From Promethearchaeia archaeon (lineage in GTDB: Archaea > Asgardarchaeota > Lokiarchaeia > Sigyniarchaeales > SOKP01), in contig JAHQWL010000087.1 in assembly GCA_029856155.1 (NCBI GenBank), positions 1 to 16,706 on the forward strand: a DNA stretch of 16,706 nt, given 5' to 3'. The stretch's first letter is position 1, and each line of letters starts with the position of its first letter. Below the pieces are notes generated by a model. That model was not told where the DNA came from. It did no database searches and was given only the letters and a program-made list of their open reading frames with translations. A program made the position numbers and the translations under genes. Shown here in pieces: positions 1 to 7,344 of the stretch.

Positions 1-1
1 A

Positions 2-217
2 GTCCCACCTATCCAACCCGTTCCAGCACCTCAACCGACACCAACACCCCAACCTATACCAGCATCCCAACCAACACCAGCACCTCAATCTTCATTATCA
101 CCTCTACCTACACCCCCTCCAGCACCTATATCTCAACCTATACCTACGCCTGCACCTCAACCTGGACCAACACCCCAACCTTCATTATCACCTTTACCAT
201 CTCGCCCTCCTCCTCCT
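2..217 (+). repeat. Coding low-complexity Pro-rich imperfect repeat
   Basis: C/A-rich stretch. CTTCATTATCACCT occurs at 90-103 and 180-193 (90 bp period, SLSPLP). CCAACACCCCAACCT occurs at 41-55 and 167-181. It ends in RPPPP. Confidence 0.9.
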
Positions 218-1828
218 ATGGAAATACCCCAAGCTGGCTTAAGACAGCCAATGATTGAACCTGGCGCACCAGTGGAACCATTTCCAAATAGAATTGATAT
301 TAATATGTTACAAAGTCAGAAAAATGGTATAATCCTTACGCCTATGTTAGATAACAGCTTAGAAGGGGGTCGGGTACAATTGAGTTCTGGTATTCTTCAA
401 CAATTAGGTCTTGGTCAGGGGATGTTAATTGGTTGGGAAGATCCTTTAACAAGATCGATGGGATCAGCAAGGATAGATGCAGCAAATATTAGCATGAATG
501 AAATCAAAATGAGTATGGATACTTATGAAGATACAAACATTCAAGCAGACCAAATTGTGGTGTATTCTACTGAACCCCCTATACAAAGAGCTTCAGAATT
601 AATGTTAGAAGTTCAGTCTCAACCCAATCTAATGGGATACGCTTTAATTGGCCCTAGAACTCAACATACTTTATCAATTCAAATGGACGATATTTTAGCA
701 TTTGAAGATGAGCTTACAGGAGCAATGGGTGCGGGAAAAGTAGAAGTTTTAGAATCTGTACCAGAAAACGCTATCATTATTGATGCTGAAATTCTTGAGG
801 CATCGGGTATAGGGAGTTTCGAAGTAAAAGTTTCCAAAAATCAAAGAACTATTATTCCCTTACAGAGTATTTCATTAGGAGTTTCACCTATTTCGGGAGA
901 AAATATGTGGGAAATAATAAGTACTGCTCGAGAAAATGTAGATTCTATGAAAGGATGGATATCTAATTATATCATCTTTAAGGGTATTAAACTGAGGTGG
1001 TCTGCTGTAAATATTGCCTGTTCAATTCTTAATACTGTTCCTGATTTAACTGGTGATATTTTTGCAAGGGTTACCCAGAATACAACTTTATCTTTAAGTC
1101 CTGTTGGTTTAATCCCCTTTAACGCTATTTTGATAATTGATATAAGCCGTTCAATGATGGCAAGAGACGTATTCGTAACCAATATTGCTCCTGCTATTGA
1201 GGGAATAAAAGCGGCTATGGAGTCTCGAGAGATTCAGGAGTTTTTAAAACATTTTAAAGATGGAATAAATATACCACGTAGAATCTCAGCAGCTTTTGCA
1301 GCAGTCCTCTTCTTGAGTGAGAAAGTGGGGAGAGGATTTGGTGAAAAGGTTTCTGTTATTCGCTTTGCAGATGAAGCCCAGATTCTTCCGTTCTCTAATA
1401 GTTTCTATATGGATTCTGCAAGTGGTAAAAAAGGTGTTCTCGAAGATGCTGCTCGGATGATTGTTGATCGAATAGGAAATTCTTACGGTCAAGCAACAAA
1501 TATGGGTTCTGCAATGGTACAAGCTCATAAAGTTTTGAATGAATTCCAAAAGATGAATCCAGACCAACCAACGATGATAGTAATTTTGACGGATGGTGTC
1601 CCTACAGATGGCGATGCTTTCTTCAATGAAATTAAAAAATTGGCAGATAATTCAAACGTTGTAGCTTATATTGTAGGTTTAGGTAACCCTGATGATGCGT
1701 TGATGTCACGTGCAGCATCTTTATGTGGTGGAGAATATTTCAAACCTGAAGATGCTGGAGAATTATTGATCTGGTATTCCAAACGTGCCAGAGATTTGAC
1801 AGTTAAAATGAAAGCTCACAAAGAATAA
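2..1828 (+). CDS. 5'-truncated multidomain protein: Pro/Gln/Thr-rich linker + two double-psi beta-barrel (Cdc48/NSF N-domain-like) repeats + Cdc48_2-like subdomain + C-terminal VWA domain
   Basis: The frame of ORF 218..1828 is open back to the window edge (VPPIQPVPAPQPTPTPQP...SRPPPP-MEIPQ), so the ATG at 218 is probably internal. The VWA MIDAS motif DISRS is at 1139-1153, with ATNMG, ILTDG (TDG 1589-1597), YIVGLG and GGEYF. Internal repeats WEDPLTRSMGSARI and FEDELTGAMGAGKV are about 89 aa apart. The VWA call is firm; the Cdc48-N call is pattern inference. Confidence 0.8.
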   Translation, partial: VPPIQPVPAPQPTPTPQPIPASQPTPAPQSSLSPLPTPPPAPISQPIPTPAPQPGPTPQPSLSPLPSRPPPPMEIPQAGLRQPMIEPGAPVEPFPNRIDINMLQSQKNGIILTPMLDNSLEGGRVQLSSGILQQLGLGQGMLIGWEDPLTRSMGSARIDAANISMNEIKMSMDTYEDTNIQADQIVVYSTEPPIQRASELMLEVQSQPNLMGYALIGPRTQHTLSIQMDDILAFEDELTGAMGAGKVEVLESVPENAIIIDAEILEASGIGSFEVKVSKNQRTIIPLQSISLGVSPISGENMWEIISTARENVDSMKGWISNYIIFKGIKLRWSAVNIACSILNTVPDLTGDIFARVTQNTTLSLSPVGLIPFNAILIIDISRSMMARDVFVTNIAPAIEGIKAAMESREIQEFLKHFKDGINIPRRISAAFAAVLFLSEKVGRGFGEKVSVIRFADEAQILPFSNSFYMDSASGKKGVLEDAARMIVDRIGNSYGQATNMGSAMVQAHKVLNEFQKMNPDQPTMIVILTDGVPTDGDAFFNEIKKLADNSNVVAYIVGLGNPDDALMSRAASLCGGEYFKPEDAGELLIWYSKRARDLTVKMKAHKE

Positions 1829-1852
1829 GAAATTCTTAACTATTAACCACCT

Positions 1853-1880
1853 ATTTTATCTATTTTTTTAGTATTTTTTA
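1853..1880 (+). terminator. Possible archaeal oligo-T terminator after the VWA gene
   Basis: T-tracts (tattttttta gtatttttta) lie 25-50 bp after the stop. Weak evidence in AT-rich DNA. Confidence 0.35.
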
Positions 1881-2095
1881 AGTGATTCATTAACAATAGA
1901 ATAAAACAATTTCTATGAATTAGGGAAATAAATGAATTTTAGTTGCTTAGGATTACATTAAAGTTATTAATAATAATTTTGATAATAATTATAAGAAATT
2001 TTTATTCATGAATTATAGTTAGAAATTTATAGCAGTAAAACAATAGTAAAAAATATGAAAGTTGAAAAAATTGTAATAATTGATAACTGAGGCGA

Positions 2096-2503
2096 TTGAT
2101 TATCAAAGACGTAAAGATTATTACAATCGATAATCGAGGACGCATAGTATTGCCTTTGGTTACTAGAAAGAATTTAGGAATTACAACAAATTCACAATTA
2201 ATGTTAGTGAGCGATTCAGAAACAAAAGAGATACGGATAACTCCTATTGGACTAAGAGATGAAAGCAATCTCGTTAAGTTAAAAGTAGTAATGAAAGATA
2301 TTCCAGGGGCATTAGCAAAATTACTCGATATAATTGCCGAGGAAGGCATTGGTCTAGTGTATAGTGAAGCAGTAATTGTTGAGAAGGATAAAACAGCTGT
2401 TTGGACGGCAATATCTGAGAGTCCTAATAATATCGATCGGTTAAAAAATATTTTAAAAGAAAACGGAGAGGCTTTAGAAGTGGAATTTACTCCTTTAGAT
2501 TAG
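2096..2503 (+). CDS. AbrB/MazE/SpoVT DNA-binding domain + ACT domain regulator
   Basis: N-terminal ITIDNRGRIVLPLVTRKNLGI is the AbrB swapped-hairpin signature. C-terminal VVMKDIPGALAKLLDIIAEEGIGL is the ACT signature (DxPGxLxx). The exact start (TTG) is uncertain. Confidence 0.9.
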   Translation: MIIKDVKIITIDNRGRIVLPLVTRKNLGITTNSQLMLVSDSETKEIRITPIGLRDESNLVKLKVVMKDIPGALAKLLDIIAEEGIGLVYSEAVIVEKDKTAVWTAISESPNNIDRLKNILKENGEALEVEFTPLD

Positions 2504-2553
2504 CATTTAAGATATAATATACTACTGAATAAAATATAAAGAAGGTATTTTTA

Positions 2554-3384
2554 GTGGCGAAAAAGAAAAAGAAAGAAAAGAAAAAAAAGATTCAAGAGAT
2601 AAAAGAGGATAACGATCAGATACCCGAATATTCACTAGATTCGGCACTACATTCCGCAAAGACCACGGAAACAACATTACAGACTTTATTGAAGGGAGTT
2701 TCGGAAGGACAGGGATTTATTCATCCAAAAAAGGAAAATGACGTAAAAATCACACCTCAATTAACACATGAATCACGAGGTAAAATAGCTGAAGCGTATG
2801 TAATGGAGGATATTCCGTTAGCTCAAAGAGCCCGAGAGAAGGAAAGACCAGAAGTATTAGAGCAGAAAAGTCAAATTAAAGCTGCTACGCCACCATCACC
2901 TCAATCTTTACCTGAATCAGCAGCTAAAACTCTAACCAAGAAAGAAGAAGTACCGCCACCCAAAGAAGAATCAGTACCCATTCCTTCTACTAAAAAAGAA
3001 CCTTCATTTATTAAAAAGGAGAGTATTTATCTAAAATTAACAGAGTTTTTCGAAGGTTTACTAACAAGTTATAGTGAGAGTTATGATAGATGGGAGATGT
3101 CAATTTCTAGTATACTTGGTATCTTGAGGAAAATGAGGAAAATTACTAAGAAGAATACGGATGACTTAACAAACAGTATTTCAAATATATTTAAAAAGAT
3201 AGAAGCGGATTTGGAGCAATTTAAAGTTAAGCGAGACGAAATTGAGAAAGTTGCCGAAGTTGATATTGAGTCAATGTCAGGCGAATTTAAGCGTGTATTA
3301 GGGTTACTTGAATTACAGGTTAAGGAATATCAATTAAAACGGGTTACAGATGAATTTATCCATGACTTAAAATATCTACCATAG
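2554..3384 (+). CDS. Hypothetical protein: poly-Lys N-terminus, disordered Pro/Glu/Lys middle, long helical/coiled-coil C-terminal domain
   Basis: 276 aa ORF with a GTG start and AAGGT just upstream. It contains AKKKKKEKKKK and ATPPSPQSLP...EEVPPPKEE, followed by about 120 aa of amphipathic helices. No family recognised. Confidence 0.8.
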   Translation: MAKKKKKEKKKKIQEIKEDNDQIPEYSLDSALHSAKTTETTLQTLLKGVSEGQGFIHPKKENDVKITPQLTHESRGKIAEAYVMEDIPLAQRAREKERPEVLEQKSQIKAATPPSPQSLPESAAKTLTKKEEVPPPKEESVPIPSTKKEPSFIKKESIYLKLTEFFEGLLTSYSESYDRWEMSISSILGILRKMRKITKKNTDDLTNSISNIFKKIEADLEQFKVKRDEIEKVAEVDIESMSGEFKRVLGLLELQVKEYQLKRVTDEFIHDLKYLP

Positions 3385-3432
3385 TAAGGAAATTCTTAAC
3401 ATTGAAAAGTTAAAATAAAGATATATTTCAAA

Positions 3433-4629
3433 ATGTCATCTGAAGAAAAAAGTCAGGTACGTCCACTTATTATTGATAATGGAAGTCAAAATTTTCGATT
3501 AGGGTGGGCGGGAGATGATTTCCCAGATATCATTGCTCCAAGTATTTATGTTAATAATTCGGATTATATATTTACTTCAGATGCAATTGATGGTCTTGAT
3601 GATATCTTTATTACAGAAAAAGAAGCTGAAAGCCATTTATTTGGACATGAAGCTTTAAAGTACTCGAATATACTCAAAATTCATGAATTTAAAAAAGAGG
3701 GTAATCTCAATATTTTCATGAAATACTTCTATCATCATTATAAACAATTAGAGATCGCTGAGGAACATCACTTTAAACAACCGATTATTATAATAACACC
3801 TTTTTATATGTCCGAATTGGAAAAAACTAAATTGCAGGATATCTTTTTTAATGTTTTTGATTTTCCGTCTCTATTATTTTTATCTGAAAATCAAGGAGTT
3901 TTAGCTACATTACAAAAAACTAGTGGCGTAGTTATAAATATGGGTGAAGTCAACACAAACATCACATCCTTTTTACATGGATTTTCAAATGTAATGGCTA
4001 GAGATATTTATCCGATTTCTGGTAAGGAATTAACAAGGCATCTTTTGAATTTGATTTTAATGAAAAAAAGTTCTGGAGAATTGGTTTATCTTGATAAAAT
4101 AATAGCACAGGAAATCAAAAATAAACTATCCTTATGCATTTTAGATCCAGATGGAGAAGTAAAAAGAATTAAAGATGGTTTTACTAAATATAACAGAACT
4201 ATTGATTTACCAGACGGAACCTCTTTAGATATTAATTCAGAAAGATTCTTATTTGTTGAACCAATGTTTGATCCTTCGCTAATTCATATTGATTATATGG
4301 GATTACCGGAGGCCGTATCAAAAGTGATTAGGTTTTGGGATCGTGAAAACTGGGAAGACTTATTACCGAATATCATCATCGTTGGGGGTAGCAGTTTAAT
4401 TCCGGGATTAGATCAAAGGTTGAAATTTGAAATATCAAAATATTTTTCAGAGAGAATACGGGATAAAATTAATGTGATTGCTGTTTCTGGAAGAGAAAAT
4501 ATTGGTTGGATCGGATCTTCAGTATTATATGCACAGGGAAAATTAAAACAAAAACAAGAATGGATTCAGAATCCCAGCCATCAGTCTTCTGAACAAGATC
4601 GAGAAAAGGAAAACTTAAATCAAAATTAA
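3433..4629 (+). CDS. Divergent actin-related protein (Asgard actin/Arp family)
   Basis: Eukaryote-type actin motifs are present in order: PLIIDNGS..RLGWAGDDFP...PS, FGHEAL, PIIIITP, IFFNVFDFP, TSGVVINMG, ISGKELTRHL, EIKNKL, LPDGTSLDINSERF..VEPMFDPSLI, NIIIVGGSSLIPGLDQRL, WIGSSVL. Length is 398 aa. Confidence 0.95.
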   Translation: MSSEEKSQVRPLIIDNGSQNFRLGWAGDDFPDIIAPSIYVNNSDYIFTSDAIDGLDDIFITEKEAESHLFGHEALKYSNILKIHEFKKEGNLNIFMKYFYHHYKQLEIAEEHHFKQPIIIITPFYMSELEKTKLQDIFFNVFDFPSLLFLSENQGVLATLQKTSGVVINMGEVNTNITSFLHGFSNVMARDIYPISGKELTRHLLNLILMKKSSGELVYLDKIIAQEIKNKLSLCILDPDGEVKRIKDGFTKYNRTIDLPDGTSLDINSERFLFVEPMFDPSLIHIDYMGLPEAVSKVIRFWDRENWEDLLPNIIIVGGSSLIPGLDQRLKFEISKYFSERIRDKINVIAVSGRENIGWIGSSVLYAQGKLKQKQEWIQNPSHQSSEQDREKENLNQN

Positions 4630-4657
4630 AATAAAGAACAATAAGGTGCGAATTCTC

Positions 4658-7255
4658 ATGTCCGTTAGCATTGATTTAAAACAACAATTTTTAACAAATT
4701 TTCAAAATAAAATTATAACTGCTCGGAAATTGCTATATGCTGCAAATCATAAATGGGCATCTAAATTACTTGAAAATTTGAGTTATGAAATTGAAAAGAA
4801 TGAGTGGTTAGATGCCCAGAAGAAGCACCAATTAATTATGATTATTTCCAATTCTTGGTTTATTTATCTAAATTCATTGAGAAGGAAAGGTGAAGAAGGA
4901 AAGGTTGAAATCAATTTAATCCGATATATTGATGCTTACAACAGGTTTTTTTCATTTTTATCAAAATTAGATGACTTCTATTTATTTAACAATTTTTGTA
5001 TAAATCTACTTCAAGAATTCATTAAAAAGGAAGAATTATCGCAAAAAGGGATAACTAAATTTATAAATTCCTTTTCAGTAAAGCTACATGAGAGAGGGGA
5101 TTACCAAAAACTATTTGAATTACAAATATTACAAATCTTTTTAAGAAAATCCGTTGCACCATCAGAATATTTCAATTTAAGTATGGAAAGATTGGGGAAA
5201 ACTCTCTTTAATTTGGAACCGAGCAAACGATCGTTATTTCTCTATATCTTATTAGAGAGTGTTTCTTTAAAGTACAAATTAATGGATGATTCCGCTGAGT
5301 TTGTAAGATCTATCAACACAATATTAGTAAATCGACTTCCTGGTTATTTAAAAAACGAATTTAGTAATATAAGCAGAATTGCTATTAATGAAAGAAGTTT
5401 TAACACGATTTTAGTTGATCTTGAAGAGCTTATTTATTATTTAAATGATATTGGGGAATATTCTTGGATTATTATTTTTATTCGTGTTATTTTCTCTAAA
5501 ATACAAGAATACCAATCATATGGTGATGCAGTCACATATATACGAAAATTCATTGATTTTTCAATAAACAGAAATCGTTTTGAAATTGCATTCGAGATTT
5601 ACGATTTCTTAGAAGATTTGTTCATGTATAAATCTGATTTATCTTATGATAATAGTTTGATTGAATTATGGGTGGAAGCCTGTAAGAAATTTGTAGATAT
5701 GAAGGAAAAAAAGTATCTCCTCCAATCCTTAGAAAAATTAAACACCCATCTAAAATTACCCAAAACTAATGCTCAAATTTTCCATTATTTTTATACATGC
5801 AATATATTATGGCAATTTAAATCGATGTTTTTTTCTTTAGAACAGCGGGATTTTTGGAGAATGATGTTCTATCGAGCTTTATTTGAAGAAAAAAATTTTA
5901 CCCTCGCAGAAAAAATAATTCCCTATTTAGATAAAGAATTTAATAAATGTTTAACAGATCTCGTAGCATTATATAATGAGGTTGAACCATTAAAAAAAAA
6001 AAGTTACTTATTTATTGATCATAATGAAACTCTACCTTCAGTTCATGAAGACTTTAGTATTAAACAGATAATATTGAGAATCGATTCTATAGGAATGATT
6101 TCTTATAGAATGATTTCTGTTGACGACAAGATAATTGAAGGATTTATTTCTAATGAATATTGGAATGATAGTCAACTAATTGAAATATATAATGAACTTT
6201 TCTATGAATCTGAAGATCGGAAATATCTTTTCAATCTGAAAGAATTTGGTGAATTATTATACATATTTCTACCAAAATTAATTCGAGATTTCTTTAAATC
6301 GTTTAAGATCGAAAGCTTGAATCTAATACCTCAAATATATTTTATCTTAAACAACATGACTATTCCTTTTGATCTCATATACGATAATAATTTTTTCTTA
6401 TTGAAATATTCCGGTGGTTATAGTGTGGGGGGTGAACCCCCACTTGGTGGTGTCGTTTTTGAAGAATATTATCCTGAGGATTCTTCGGAGGGACTATCTA
6501 GTAAGAAGTACAATATATTAGTTATTGAATCGATTAACTCTAATACTCCTTTAAAATGGAATGAAAAAACAAAACAGAAAGAACTAATTTTCCCTTTTCA
6601 AGCTGGTGCAGATGAATTAAATTATCTCGTTAATTTCTTTAATAATAGGGGGGAAGTAAAACAAATGACCACATTAATAGGATCCAATTCCACACAAGAA
6701 AATATTTTATCACATTTATCTAAAAATATATACCACATTATTGTATTCGTAGGAAATATTTTTTACTCCAAATGGTGCCCTAAGAACAGTTTTTTCCTTA
6801 CAAATGATAATAATATAATCACATTTAATGAAATTAATAAGATTTTAGATAAGAATGGATCGAAGAACCAACCGTTTATATTTTTTAATTCTCAAGTGTA
6901 TGATATCGAAGGGAAGAGGCTAAGAAATACTCTCAGGAATTTTGGTGAAATTGTGGCTCAATTTGATTATAATAAAATTACTGGTATCGTTTCAAAAAAT
7001 TATCCAATTTTTAATGATGAAACAAAGCTAATTATTTCAAATTTCTTTATAAACTTCTTCACTAAAAATAGTCAAGGGGTTTCGCTTCTGAAGGCACGTC
7101 AGCAATCTATAGCAAGTAAGATGGAAAAACTTATTGAAGAACAAGTTAAAGATTCAACTTCGGAAATTAGTACTACACATATAGACTTACGAAGTAGTTT
7201 AGCCATTTCAAGCTATTTACTTTTTGGAAAGCCGTGGAAAAAGATCTGGTCTTGA
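4658..7255 (+). CDS. Helical-repeat (TPR-like) protein with C-terminal CHAT (caspase-like) domain, predicted catalytically inactive
   Basis: CHAT scaffold motifs: LKEFGELLY.FLPKLIR, IPFDLIYD..FFLLKY, GADELNYL, STQENIL..L....YHIIVFVGNI, PFIFFNSQ, F..NFF...SQGVSLLKARQ, SSYLLFGKP. The N-terminal ~450 aa look all-helical. The start is set to the ATG at 4658 because the annotated GTG (4646) lies inside an AGGTG RBS-like motif. Confidence 0.8.
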   Translation: MSVSIDLKQQFLTNFQNKIITARKLLYAANHKWASKLLENLSYEIEKNEWLDAQKKHQLIMIISNSWFIYLNSLRRKGEEGKVEINLIRYIDAYNRFFSFLSKLDDFYLFNNFCINLLQEFIKKEELSQKGITKFINSFSVKLHERGDYQKLFELQILQIFLRKSVAPSEYFNLSMERLGKTLFNLEPSKRSLFLYILLESVSLKYKLMDDSAEFVRSINTILVNRLPGYLKNEFSNISRIAINERSFNTILVDLEELIYYLNDIGEYSWIIIFIRVIFSKIQEYQSYGDAVTYIRKFIDFSINRNRFEIAFEIYDFLEDLFMYKSDLSYDNSLIELWVEACKKFVDMKEKKYLLQSLEKLNTHLKLPKTNAQIFHYFYTCNILWQFKSMFFSLEQRDFWRMMFYRALFEEKNFTLAEKIIPYLDKEFNKCLTDLVALYNEVEPLKKKSYLFIDHNETLPSVHEDFSIKQIILRIDSIGMISYRMISVDDKIIEGFISNEYWNDSQLIEIYNELFYESEDRKYLFNLKEFGELLYIFLPKLIRDFFKSFKIESLNLIPQIYFILNNMTIPFDLIYDNNFFLLKYSGGYSVGGEPPLGGVVFEEYYPEDSSEGLSSKKYNILVIESINSNTPLKWNEKTKQKELIFPFQAGADELNYLVNFFNNRGEVKQMTTLIGSNSTQENILSHLSKNIYHIIVFVGNIFYSKWCPKNSFFLTNDNNIITFNEINKILDKNGSKNQPFIFFNSQVYDIEGKRLRNTLRNFGEIVAQFDYNKITGIVSKNYPIFNDETKLIISNFFINFFTKNSQGVSLLKARQQSIASKMEKLIEEQVKDSTSEISTTHIDLRSSLAISSYLLFGKPWKKIWS

Positions 7256-7344
7256 ATTAAATTTTTCCATTCGGAAAAACCAATAAATATAAAATATTAA
7301 TATAAGTGTAATTTAAATTAATCATTAATGATACTAAAAAAGAG

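Noticed and set aside
1-217. C/A-rich repeats as a CRISPR array or telomere-like repeat
   Set aside because: There is no constant repeat-spacer structure. The pattern is fully explained by Pro/Gln/Thr codons in frame with the downstream CDS.
967-1567. Minus-strand ORFs 967..1182 and 1286..1567
   Set aside because: They are antisense shadows inside the well-supported VWA gene and have no motifs.
2002-2349. Minus-strand 115-aa ORF
   Set aside because: It is antisense to the clear AbrB-ACT gene and runs into AT-rich promoter DNA.
2096-3384. AbrB/MazE gene as the antitoxin of a toxin-antitoxin pair
   Set aside because: It is fused to ACT, and the next gene shows no PIN, MazF or other toxin motifs.
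3433-4629. Calling the gene MreB, crenactin, Lokiactin, Arp2 or Arp3
   Set aside because: The motifs are of eukaryotic actin type but too divergent to assign a subfamily without a phylogeny.
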